Positions 28,771-38,160 of a DNA stretch of 64,000 bases are shown piece after piece (position 1 is the first letter of the stretch; each line of letters starts with the position of its first letter). Origin of the DNA: an uncultured Acidobacteriaceae bacterium (lineage in GTDB: Bacteria > Acidobacteriota > Terriglobia > Terriglobales > Acidobacteriaceae). The position numbers and the translations under genes were made by a program. The notes beneath the pieces were generated by a model. That model saw nothing but the letters and a program-made list of their open reading frames with translations. It did not search any database and was not told where the DNA came from. The stretch spans positions 27,247 to 91,246 of the forward strand of contig CAYOVU010000162.1 of the NCBI GenBank assembly GCA_964407505.1, in the 5' to 3' direction.

Positions 28771-29529
28771 TCAGGTGGCCACAACGAGACCGCCTGCGGC
28801 ACGAATGACCTCGCCGGTGATCCAGGCTGATTCGTCTGACGCCAGGAACACCGCCAGCGGGGCGATATCCGTGACGCGACCGAGGCGTCCGAGCGGCGTC
28901 TTCCCAGCCAGAACGGCACCAGCACCACCCTCAAAGGTTCCCGCGGCTACATTGCCTTCGGTTTCTGTATGACCGGGAGCGATGGCATTGACGCGTATCT
29001 TGCGCGGGGCAAGCTCGAGCGCCAATCCCTTGGTCAGCGTTTCGATGGCGCCTTTCGTGGAAGCGTACAGCAGGGCTCCCGCCACCGGATGCGAGCCGAC
29101 GATAGAGCTGAGGTTGATGATGCTCCCGCCGTCGGCCCCGAACCGCTTGATCGCCTCCTGCACGGTGAAAATCGCCCCGAGAACGTTGACGTTGAAGTGG
29201 AGGTGAAAGCTCTCTTCGGTGATCTCCGCGAAGGCGCCGAAGCGGAATACTCCAGCGTTGTTGACCAAAACGTCCAGTCTTCCGAAGGCGGAATCCACCT
29301 TGTCGAACAGTCGTGCGACATCTGCGGCCTTGGACACATCCGCCCCGACCGCGATCGCCTTGCCCCCGCTGTCGGTGATCGCCTGAGCGACGCGCTCGGC
29401 GCCTTCCCGGTCGGAGGAATAATTCACGCACACGCGCGCGCCCTCAGCTCCCAAGGCCGTTGCAATCCCACCGCCTATGCCTTTGGACGCGCCCGTCACG
29501 ATCGCCACTTTATTAAATAGTCTGCTCAT
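28771..29529 (-). CDS. SDR-family oxidoreductase (3-oxoacyl-ACP-reductase-like)
   Basis: TGASKGIGG cofactor motif, NNAG, and catalytic YASTK. The ATG at 29529 (MSRLFNKVAIVTG) is preferred over the track start at 29613. Confidence 0.9.
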   Translation of the reverse strand: MSRLFNKVAIVTGASKGIGGGIATALGAEGARVCVNYSSDREGAERVAQAITDSGGKAIAVGADVSKAADVARLFDKVDSAFGRLDVLVNNAGVFRFGAFAEITEESFHLHFNVNVLGAIFTVQEAIKRFGADGGSIINLSSIVGSHPVAGALLYASTKGAIETLTKGLALELAPRKIRVNAIAPGHTETEGNVAAGTFEGGAGAVLAGKTPLGRLGRVTDIAPLAVFLASDESAWITGEVIRAAGGLVVAT

Positions 29530-29872
29530 ATTCACCGTTGTCCTTGATCTGACTCCCCGTACCCCGAACATCCATCGCTGTGAATTGCGCCTCGCGCGTG
29601 TGATGTCGATCAACGAAGATCCTCACAACGACCATATCTATATCTATAAATTTATAATCTATATAAGTCGCCATTGCTTGACTTGAGGTTCGGCTCAACT
29701 TTAACTAAGGGTACTCTTCTCAGTTAGTTCCGCTTTTCGTAACAAAGTTCTCAGAATATTCTTAAAAAGTGCTTGACGGATTTCTGCGACGTGTTACCAT
29801 CCGTCGCGAATTAAACCTATTGGTATCCGTCGCCGAGTTCAAGACTCGCAAGACACAGCAGAAGCGCATCCA

Positions 29873-29900
29873 TTGACTTACTAACTAGCTGTAGTAACAT
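29873..29900 (+). promoter_or_regulatory. candidate sigma70-type promoter of the pentapeptide operon
   Basis: TTGACT - 16 nt - TAACAT, about 85 nt upstream of the ATG at 29986, within an A/T-rich divergent intergenic region. Confidence 0.25.
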
Positions 29901-29985
29901 CTCACGGGCCCCGGTACATCCATAGCTATTGCAGAGGCCTCCGTTGCCGCTCTGCGGCATCGCGGAGCCGTTGATAGGCGGCACA

Positions 29986-32439
29986 ATGTCAACCCAGTTT
30001 GGACAGTTCGGGAGAGTTGTCGGGTGCGGGCCCGGCCTTAGGCTCCCGTTGGCTAACCGCTTCTTGTTTCTCATGATTGGCATGGTGGCGCTGGCTTCTA
30101 CGTGCCCTGCCAGAGCCAAGACCGTGCCAGCCTGCGCAGTCAATACCGGCACTGGGCACAACTACGCCGGGCAGGATCTGACCAACCATAACTTTAGCGC
30201 GGATCCCGCCGGATCGCTGATAGGCGCCAACTTCACCGGCGCAAAGCTCAGCGGGGCCATCTTCACCGGCCAGGATCTAACCAATGCGAAATTCCAGGGA
30301 GCCAACCTCGGACCGGCGAAGGGTCCCGTCGACTTCAGCAACGCCACGCTGACAAATACCTGTTTCATCGGCGCAACAATGGATGAAACGGATTTCTCTT
30401 ACGCCGTCATCACCTGCGCCGACTTCACCGAGACATCGCTGATCAAAGCAACGTTCGGGCCGGTCCAGAACATCGTGATGGGGACCGGCTGCCGCACGCG
30501 GTTCAACGGTGCGACGCTGGATGTGCGGCTGATCGGCAACGATTTCAACGGCAAGAGCAACTGGAGCAAGACCGACTTCACCGCGGCCAACTTCCAGAAC
30601 TTGACGCCGACGTCGTTCAGTCTCGTCGGTAAGGACATCACCGGCGCGAAACTGGGCCAGACCAATTTCACCGGCATCGACATGACCGGAGCCAACCTCA
30701 CGAATGTTGACTTCACCCTCACCACCCTGATCAAGGCGAAGCTGGATCGCACGGCGATCAACGGCGCTCATTTTTATAATGCGCAAGCGGGGTCCGCGAC
30801 ATTCATCTGCGCCCAAGCGTTTGGCAATTCAGGCGGACAGAAACTTCCCAATGGCACCTCGTGCCCGACCACGCCGACCTCGATCAATCCAACAACCAAC
30901 ACCAACTTTACCTTCGCGGCGTTGAAGGGCGCGGATTTTACCGGCGCTACCCTGGATCACGCGCAGCTCGTGGCGGCGAACCTGACAAGCGCCCATTTCG
31001 ATGGCGCGAGCCTCGTCCAGGCGTCTTTGCAATCGCAAAACGGACAAACTGGGCCGGCGATCGTACAATTTGCAACCTTCAGTAACGCCAAGCTCAACAA
31101 CGCTCTTGTGTCCGGGGTTGATTTTTCGGGCGCGACCCTGACCAACGCGATTTTCGACAACACGCTTCTTTCCGGCACGCTGTTCGCGAACGCCACGATG
31201 CCGGGCGCTAGTTTTCAGTCTTCGACCTTGCAATCTGTAAATTTCAGCGACGCCATCCTTCAATCGGCGAAATTCAACGACGCGAAGATTCAGGCTCCAT
31301 CAACCGGCCCTGGGTCCGGAGCGAATTTCTCGTGTAGCCAGTTGGGTGGCGCCGACTTTACTAACGCGAGCATCGCCGCCACTAATTTCAGCAACGCCGT
31401 CATGCCTGCGGCAGATGCTTGCTGCAAGGTAGAGGGTGGCGGAGCCCCGTGGTGCGGCAACATCGACGCGACCCAACAAACCTATGGACCGGTAACTTTC
31501 CCGGTCATCAACTCGGGCATTATCGTCACTTGCCCGAACGGCTCAACTGGGCAATGCACCGGAGCGCAATGGCAACTCTCGCCCAACTGGCAGACCACAA
31601 GTTGCAACAAGAACGGCGTATCGCAACAGATGTGGTCCAAGCCGAATTGTGGCGGCAAGCCAACCGACATCGTCAAGTTTAAGGACCCGAATCTAAAAGC
31701 CTGCATCCTCGCGACGCTGCCTGGCCAGACCGAAGTGTATCTAACAACGGCGCAACAGATCAGCCAGGTCAACTGTCCGGGCCGACAGATCGCCGATATA
31801 GGCGGCCTGGAGAATTTCATCTCGCTAACAAAGCTGGACCTGCGATCTAACGCCCTGACGATCTTCACGCTGGCCATCACAGCCGGAGGCAAACCGGCGC
31901 CGTCGCAACTGCAAACCCTGAGTCTGGACAACAACCAGTTGACCACGCTCGACCTGACGGCCCATCCCGCGCTGGTTTCCTTGAGCGTCTCGAATAATCG
32001 ACTCGGCGGCACGATTACCCTAAACGCTAATACATACCTACTGATACTGGACGCTTCGCACAATCGTTTGTCGACGGTCAACCTGCCGATTCAAAGCAAT
32101 CTGAGTTTCGTGGACCTTTCCTACAATCTGTTGACCAACGTCCTCAATCAGTTCTCCCCCAATCTGAATGCTTTGCAGGCGTTGAGCTATCTGGATCTGT
32201 CTCACAATGTCTTGACCACCATCGGTTCGATCCAGACCATCGCGTATGACAACAATTCCGACAGTTCCGCCAATTTGAAATCTTTGTTCCTGGCTTGCAA
32301 TCCGAAATTCCAATGCGGCGATCTGGGTGTCTATGACGGCACCCGTTATCCGGCCGCGTCGTCCAGCCAGTGCTCGGCTTACAACACCGTGACGGGAAAA
32401 TGGACCCCGTTAAGTACGCCGCAGTGCGCGCCCAACTGA
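29986..32439 (+). CDS. exported pentapeptide-repeat / leucine-rich-repeat fusion protein
   Basis: Signal-like RFLFLMIGMVALASTCPARA. About 400 aa of A(D/N)LxX-type pentapeptide repeats (ANFTGAKLSGAIFTGQDLTNAKFQGANLG...). Cys-rich linker. About 7 LRRs (LTKLDLRSNALT, LQTLSLDNNQLTTLDL, LSYLDLSHNVLTTI). Cys-containing C-terminal cap. Confidence 0.8.
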   Translation: MSTQFGQFGRVVGCGPGLRLPLANRFLFLMIGMVALASTCPARAKTVPACAVNTGTGHNYAGQDLTNHNFSADPAGSLIGANFTGAKLSGAIFTGQDLTNAKFQGANLGPAKGPVDFSNATLTNTCFIGATMDETDFSYAVITCADFTETSLIKATFGPVQNIVMGTGCRTRFNGATLDVRLIGNDFNGKSNWSKTDFTAANFQNLTPTSFSLVGKDITGAKLGQTNFTGIDMTGANLTNVDFTLTTLIKAKLDRTAINGAHFYNAQAGSATFICAQAFGNSGGQKLPNGTSCPTTPTSINPTTNTNFTFAALKGADFTGATLDHAQLVAANLTSAHFDGASLVQASLQSQNGQTGPAIVQFATFSNAKLNNALVSGVDFSGATLTNAIFDNTLLSGTLFANATMPGASFQSSTLQSVNFSDAILQSAKFNDAKIQAPSTGPGSGANFSCSQLGGADFTNASIAATNFSNAVMPAADACCKVEGGGAPWCGNIDATQQTYGPVTFPVINSGIIVTCPNGSTGQCTGAQWQLSPNWQTTSCNKNGVSQQMWSKPNCGGKPTDIVKFKDPNLKACILATLPGQTEVYLTTAQQISQVNCPGRQIADIGGLENFISLTKLDLRSNALTIFTLAITAGGKPAPSQLQTLSLDNNQLTTLDLTAHPALVSLSVSNNRLGGTITLNANTYLLILDASHNRLSTVNLPIQSNLSFVDLSYNLLTNVLNQFSPNLNALQALSYLDLSHNVLTTIGSIQTIAYDNNSDSSANLKSLFLACNPKFQCGDLGVYDGTRYPAASSSQCSAYNTVTGKWTPLSTPQCAPN

Positions 32440-32477
32440 ACCATTCACCACGCGTCATTTACGAAGGGAGATTAGTC

Positions 32478-35400
32478 ATGCCGCAATCAAACGCAGGAAT
32501 GCTTCAAACCCATTTTCACGCCGATTTATCGGATGGACACCCTGGTGAGGATTACTGGGTCTCAGTCGCCGGCAAGCGCTATCCGCTGGTGCCGCATACT
32601 CCGGAAACACTCAGCGCCGCCCACGCGCGCTCACCAAGGCTGAAGGCTGGCCGCACTAATTCGGTGCTGACCCATCGCACAGCACAGCCGATTTCGTTGC
32701 CGTCGAATACGGTGATCCGGGTGCATCTGCGGCATACCATGCGCGGCTTCCCCAACGCGAAAAGCGAGACCGGCATCGGCCTCTCCGCGCTGTACATTCC
32801 ACCGTCGGACACCCATCTGTCCGCAATGACCGCTGACTCTATCTTCGACGCGCACCCGATCGACTATGTCTCGACTGCGCAGAATTTCATCTATCACCAC
32901 CCGGAAATCATCAATAAAGATAAAGTGGTCGCCGGCATCGTCGTCGACGAGTTCATGGTGGGCGATCCCAATATCGCCCTGGCAATCAATAACGTCGCGA
33001 CCCTCATGCGCAGCATGGGTCCGGCTACCGAGAGTGGCGGATGGGCCAAACTGGAACCATTCACGCCGCCCGATAATCCCGGCTCCGGCTTCGACGGAAA
33101 GAAAACCTACTACCACCAGACTGTCAGCGAGCAGGTCCAAAGCGCGTCGCTCGCGCCGTTGACGCCGTTGATGATCCGGGTGAAGAACGATGCCCGGTTG
33201 AAAGGCAAACTATGGACGGTCTCGGAGGGCTCGAGCGTGGTCTCCACCACCGCGCAAGCGCCGTCTCCTGCCGCGCGGGCGGCCGAGGCTCCAGATGCCT
33301 GGAACGCCGCTATCGCCAATACCGGCGCCCACGGCCTGACCACGAAGGTCACGATTGCGGACGCGAGCAAGCAGCAAATCCAGATCGATATGGAGAATTC
33401 CTATATCCGCTATCTCTGCGGCTATATCCGGTTCTACGACGCGAACAACAACGTGCTGTCGTTGCCCAATTGGAAAGCCGACGACGCGGGCATCGTGCAT
33501 GACATCGTCGCCGATATCGGCCTGCAGTACGACGAGACACGTTTCCTGGGAATGCTCTCGCCCATGAATAATTTCATGGCCATCCCCTTCGGGCCGCCCG
33601 GCGCGTTGTCTGCAAAGGTCACATTTCCACCGAGCGCCGTGCGTGCCGATGTATTGGGATCGGGCATCGGAACCGGCGCCAATCCTTGGCCGAAGACGCC
33701 CGCTCTTGGTGGTACGCTTACCGGCGTTTTCAACCTCGGCGTGCCCGCCTTTATGCTGGGCTTCGGCACGGCGGCACAGTCCTATAAGCCGCTTTACGAC
33801 ATCATCGAGGAGCTTACAGCCACCAAGGGCTTCATTGCCGCGGCGATTGCTGCTGGTCTTGGGTTCCTGGGCTATGTCATCGGTTCGTCCGCAGTCGATC
33901 AGAAGATGAACTGGAGCGGTTTCACCACTATGGTGGGCTTCCTGTTTAACAGGCTCTGCCTCAAAGGGCTGTTGTATGTCGAATCGATCGTCGCGGCCGA
34001 AGAAGTGGCCGACGAAATCCCATTCGCCGGCTGGCTCATGCTGGCGATCAACATCTGCACCGGCGTCGCGCAAATGGCCGAAACCATCATCGAGGTCGCG
34101 ACCTCGGACTGGAATATCACCAACAGTATCGCGACGACCATCACCACTCGTGTAACGGTCCATCCGGACCCGCGCAGCAAGTCTTTCCCGCAGGGGCCAG
34201 CCGGGACTCCGCGCAGTCTTGTGGTCAAGATGATCTATCAGGATCAGGCCCGTCCCACCGTGCAGCAAACGCTGCCGATCCCGGAAGGATCCACTGCAAC
34301 CACATACACCATCGCGTTCGCCAAAAACACGCTGGGCGGCAACGTGAAGCTAGAGGCGGATTTCTATGTCGGCACATGGCTCGCCGGTAAAGCCACCACC
34401 GGTGTGCAGCCCAATGACCGGCTCCACGTCGACGAAGTCACGATGTATCTGGTGGAGTTCCCCGTCCCGCTGACTGCGGACTCCAAATATACTCACGCCC
34501 GCATCCTGACTTACCAGAACAATGCTTATGCCTGGATGGACACAAAGACTGCGCCGACCGAAACCATCGCCAGCCGGAACGCCAGCCCGACGGGCAATGC
34601 GCTGGGCGACTGGACCGGCCTCGCACTCAGTCAGCGCTCCGGCATGTTGGGCCCGTCCTGGCAGGCCGCAGGCATGGGAATTCCGGACTGCGCCACCGGC
34701 GCTACGGGGCAGCTTTACGCCTTCATGAACTTCAACATCCCCGGAACGCCGATGGCCGGCACGCAGTTCCCAAACTGCGGCTTCGTCGGACAATCCCGGC
34801 TGATCTATGATCCGTATCCGCCGAAGTTCCTCATGGGACCGAACGGCTGGGTGCTGGACCCGAACGGGCATCCGGTTCCCGATCCCAAGGACTCAACGCT
34901 GGGTAACTATTACGTCGATCCGCGCTCGGCTAATCTTCCCTATGATCAGGGCGGCGGCTTCCATCTGCGCCAGATCAAGTTGGACGGCACTACGCCCCTC
35001 AACATGGCCAGCGTCCAACCCAGTTTCGGACGCTTCGCATATTTCCCTGACTCGGTCTGTTTGCATCCCTCCGGTCTAGTGATCGGAGTCAGCGCCTCGT
35101 TCAAGAAGCTACAAATCGTGAAACTGGCGGGAGGTGCGGGCAAGGCAGACACCGACATTGTCCTGGGCGAGATCGGCGCCGGACCGGCCACCGATCCCAC
35201 TCGACCAGGTCTGATGTTCCACCCGGTTGCCGTCGCCTGCGCCTATGACGGAACCATCATCGTGCTGGAAGATACCAAGTTCTCTACCGGCCAGCAGATA
35301 ACCACGATATCCCGGCTGTCGGCCTATGACCTGCAAATGAAACCAGTCAACCGTTTCTTCGACGCGCAGGGTAAGCCCAGTCCATGGCTGTATCTGGCGA

Positions 35401-35747
35401 ATCCAGCGGATAACTACTATCTGGATATGACTACGGTCGGCGACGAGCAGATGACCTATATCTACGTGCTTTATTACACGGGATCGGGAGCTGCGCCGTC
35501 GGACTATAACATGGCAATCTACACCTATGGCAAAACGGCTCCGAAGACGAATCCGCTCGTGACCACAAACCAGATCGCGGCTGCCAGACTTGCCGTCGAC
35601 ATGTGGCATTCCGCCTATACGTTGAATTTCGCCATGGTTACAGACGGCAGCGGAAAGATCGCTGGCCCGAAAAACGCAACGACCGGACCAGCCGGGCGGA
35701 CCGTACCCTCGGTCAGCATGTGGCTGCCGCCCATTCCTGGTAAGTAA
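32478..35747 (+). CDS. large hypothetical protein (1089 aa) with a central hydrophobic helix cluster
   Basis: ATG at 32478 preceded by GGGAG. No signal peptide. Four hydrophobic segments are encoded at about 33708-34112. No family motif recognised. Confidence 0.75.
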   Translation: MPQSNAGMLQTHFHADLSDGHPGEDYWVSVAGKRYPLVPHTPETLSAAHARSPRLKAGRTNSVLTHRTAQPISLPSNTVIRVHLRHTMRGFPNAKSETGIGLSALYIPPSDTHLSAMTADSIFDAHPIDYVSTAQNFIYHHPEIINKDKVVAGIVVDEFMVGDPNIALAINNVATLMRSMGPATESGGWAKLEPFTPPDNPGSGFDGKKTYYHQTVSEQVQSASLAPLTPLMIRVKNDARLKGKLWTVSEGSSVVSTTAQAPSPAARAAEAPDAWNAAIANTGAHGLTTKVTIADASKQQIQIDMENSYIRYLCGYIRFYDANNNVLSLPNWKADDAGIVHDIVADIGLQYDETRFLGMLSPMNNFMAIPFGPPGALSAKVTFPPSAVRADVLGSGIGTGANPWPKTPALGGTLTGVFNLGVPAFMLGFGTAAQSYKPLYDIIEELTATKGFIAAAIAAGLGFLGYVIGSSAVDQKMNWSGFTTMVGFLFNRLCLKGLLYVESIVAAEEVADEIPFAGWLMLAINICTGVAQMAETIIEVATSDWNITNSIATTITTRVTVHPDPRSKSFPQGPAGTPRSLVVKMIYQDQARPTVQQTLPIPEGSTATTYTIAFAKNTLGGNVKLEADFYVGTWLAGKATTGVQPNDRLHVDEVTMYLVEFPVPLTADSKYTHARILTYQNNAYAWMDTKTAPTETIASRNASPTGNALGDWTGLALSQRSGMLGPSWQAAGMGIPDCATGATGQLYAFMNFNIPGTPMAGTQFPNCGFVGQSRLIYDPYPPKFLMGPNGWVLDPNGHPVPDPKDSTLGNYYVDPRSANLPYDQGGGFHLRQIKLDGTTPLNMASVQPSFGRFAYFPDSVCLHPSGLVIGVSASFKKLQIVKLAGGAGKADTDIVLGEIGAGPATDPTRPGLMFHPVAVACAYDGTIIVLEDTKFSTGQQITTISRLSAYDLQMKPVNRFFDAQGKPSPWLYLANPADNYYLDMTTVGDEQMTYIYVLYYTGSGAAPSDYNMAIYTYGKTAPKTNPLVTTNQIAAARLAVDMWHSAYTLNFAMVTDGSGKIAGPKNATTGPAGRTVPSVSMWLPPIPGK

Positions 35748-35800
35748 TTGGCTGATCCGGGCGCTCATTTAGTAGAGACCACATTCGTGGAGGATCTGCG

Positions 35801-37879
35801 ATGAAAGCTGCACATGTCTTCGTGACCGGCGTTGCCTTACTGTTCATTTCGCTTCTGATCCAGGCTCAAGAGCCACCTCAACCGCAGGCGCCCGAGCAGT
35901 TATCGACACCTACTCCGGCAGCGATCGTGGGAGCTGAGTCGCTCTCCTGCGCTTATTGCGACCTTCGCGGGAAGGACCTGGCGGGGAAGAATCTGAAAGA
36001 CGCCAATCTGATCGGCAGCGACCTGCGGGAGGCGAAACTAGCTGGCGCTACGCTGGACGGAGCCATTCTGGTCGAGGCGAATCTGGCGGGTGCGGATCTG
36101 ACTGGCGCCAGCCTAGGCGCGACATCCAAGGGCCCCGCCGACTTGACGCGTGCAAACCTGGATGCAGCCAATTTCAGCCATGCCGTGCTGACCGGCGCCC
36201 AGCTGGTGTTCGCCGACCTCGAAGGAACCGACTTCCAAGGCGCCGACCTGACTGGTGCGGTCCTGGGGCCGCATCCGGACATTGGCACCAGCGGCGGACG
36301 GCGTACTTCGTTTCACGGCACCCGCATGGATCGGCGCTGGGCCGAAGCCGTTGCGGCGGCGGATATGCAAGGGGTGATTTGGAACAAGTCGAAAGCGAAA
36401 CGAAACGCGCCGCTAACTGCTGGAGTCACGTGCGGTGGTTCCAACGTTTCGGGCATCAAGAACCCAGTCTACGTCTCCTCGAGCCAGGGAACCGACAACT
36501 CTAACTGCGGCTCGAGTCCCACCACGGCGTGTAAGTCTTTGGTCTATGCGCTGACCCGCTGCACCTCCGGCAGCTGCAACGTGCTGGCGATGTACGATCA
36601 ATTCGTTCTGCCCGCGACATTGGTATTCGACAGTCGCATCACTCCGGCTGGCGCACAGCTCTACGGCGGCTGCCTCGCCTCGGGGCCGACTGACGGGTTG
36701 ACATCGGAGATTATGGCGCCACCGGGCGGCGCGCCAGCGGTGAGCGTCGCCGGAGTGAAGCCCGTGGTTGTGCAGAATTTCAAGATCCTCGGATCGGCTG
36801 CAACCGCGGGCAAAGGCACACCGGCGGTGACTGCGCAGATCACGCAAACGTCGCAGGTCACCGTCACCAACGGCCTGATCGTTGGAGGCACAGGTGGAAC
36901 TGGCGCCATTGGAAACAGCCAGGGTCCCGGCACAAAGGGCGGATCGGCGAACCAGAAGACCGGAGGAACAAATCCAAGCTGCACGTTGAGCAATGGCGGG
37001 AGTGGCTCCGGCGAGATGAATGTGGATAACCATTACACGAGTTGCAGCTGGCCCTGCACTAGCCCAGGCTGCTGGGGGGTAACTGGAGGTCCTGGAAGTG
37101 TCGGCTCGGGAGGAGCCGGCGGAAAGTGGGGGGAGCCAAAGGGGGTGATGTGCCCGCCTTGGACCCCGAATGACGGCAACGGCGGAGGAGGGGGATCGAA
37201 CGCTCGCTGCGGCACCGGGGGTGTGGCCTCAACCAACATTCAAGGCAGCTTTAATGGAGAAACTTGGATTCCTGGTGTGGGAGGTACAGGGTCAGTCGGC
37301 GGAAACGGCTCTGGCGGCGGCGGTGGCGGTGCGGGCGGAGCCATGTGCGGTAACTGCCTTCTTGTCCCGTGGGGATATTCGGGTTCAAGCGGAGGCGGAG
37401 GCGGCGCTGGCGGCTGCGGTGGACAGCCGGCAACGGGTGGGCAGCAGGGTGGTGCGTCTTTTGTGCTCGTGGCTACCGGCGGATCTGTACTTACGCTAAA
37501 TCAGTCTCGCGTAGTTGCCGGGCGTAGCGGCGATGGCGGTCCGGGTGGCGTCGGTGGCAATGGCGGTGCGGCTGGCAGTCATGCCACCGGTTCGGGTAGC
37601 AGCGGCTATGGATACCATGGCGGCAAAGGAGGCGACGGTGCTGATGGAGGAATCGGGGGTGGTGGGGGCGGTGGCTCCGGCGGCAATGCGGGACCGTCCG
37701 CGGCGGTTGCGTTGGTCAGCGGCGCGAAAGTCGACGGAACTGGCATTGTTTATTACAAGGGCAGTTCGGGCAGTTTCGGCGGCGGCGGAGCTGGTGGCAC
37801 GAGCGTCGTCTGCCCCTCAGGGCCTAGTGGGAATTCAGGCGTGCTCGGCAGCGTGGCTGAAACCTTGAGCTATCCTTAG
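35801..37879 (+). CDS. exported pentapeptide-repeat protein with beta-helix-cap-like segment and glycine-rich C-terminal half
   Basis: SD GGAGGA. Signal peptide VALLFISLLIQAQE. Pentapeptide repeats (ANLIGSDLREAKLAGATLDGAILVEANLAGADLTGASLG). VYVSSSQGTDNSNCGSSPTTACKSLVYAL resembles the N-cap of right-handed beta-helix (DUF1565-like) proteins. The last ~330 aa are dominated by GGxGG runs. Confidence 0.8.
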   Translation: MKAAHVFVTGVALLFISLLIQAQEPPQPQAPEQLSTPTPAAIVGAESLSCAYCDLRGKDLAGKNLKDANLIGSDLREAKLAGATLDGAILVEANLAGADLTGASLGATSKGPADLTRANLDAANFSHAVLTGAQLVFADLEGTDFQGADLTGAVLGPHPDIGTSGGRRTSFHGTRMDRRWAEAVAAADMQGVIWNKSKAKRNAPLTAGVTCGGSNVSGIKNPVYVSSSQGTDNSNCGSSPTTACKSLVYALTRCTSGSCNVLAMYDQFVLPATLVFDSRITPAGAQLYGGCLASGPTDGLTSEIMAPPGGAPAVSVAGVKPVVVQNFKILGSAATAGKGTPAVTAQITQTSQVTVTNGLIVGGTGGTGAIGNSQGPGTKGGSANQKTGGTNPSCTLSNGGSGSGEMNVDNHYTSCSWPCTSPGCWGVTGGPGSVGSGGAGGKWGEPKGVMCPPWTPNDGNGGGGGSNARCGTGGVASTNIQGSFNGETWIPGVGGTGSVGGNGSGGGGGGAGGAMCGNCLLVPWGYSGSSGGGGGAGGCGGQPATGGQQGGASFVLVATGGSVLTLNQSRVVAGRSGDGGPGGVGGNGGAAGSHATGSGSSGYGYHGGKGGDGADGGIGGGGGGGSGGNAGPSAAVALVSGAKVDGTGIVYYKGSSGSFGGGGAGGTSVVCPSGPSGNSGVLGSVAETLSYP

Positions 37880-38160
37880 CGAAACGGTACAAGTACGGCG
37901 CCTATTAAGACCGCTTCAGACATCTGCTCCACGCGCTCGATGAAAAGTATCTGCACTGTAACAATCGCCTGAGCGACGCTGGAGAGTGTGTACTCATTTT
38001 CTGACGCCTGCGTTTGCGTTGTCCGTTGCACGGAAGCCAACCAGAAGAGCGGAGCCAATAAAACATAAGGACAGCGCAATTCCTTCGCGGTCGTTTAGCA
38101 TCTTCATCTCCCTCACCTGCACAGAATCCATTCTGATCAAAGCAGTAGGGCAGGCCGTAA

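Noticed and set aside
29630-29665. A/T-rich stretch with the 8-bp direct repeat ATCTATAT (x2) between the SDR gene and the pentapeptide operon.
   Set aside because: It is too short and low-complexity to interpret. It is probably just promoter-region A/T richness.
30180-31410. Strong short-period repetitiveness of DNA in the pentapeptide regions and in the Gly-rich region at 36880-37760. I considered it as a possible non-coding tandem repeat or CRISPR-like array.
   Set aside because: The periodicity is 15 nt or irregular, and it lies in frame within long ORFs that have signal peptides. There is no repeat-spacer organisation with constant repeats.
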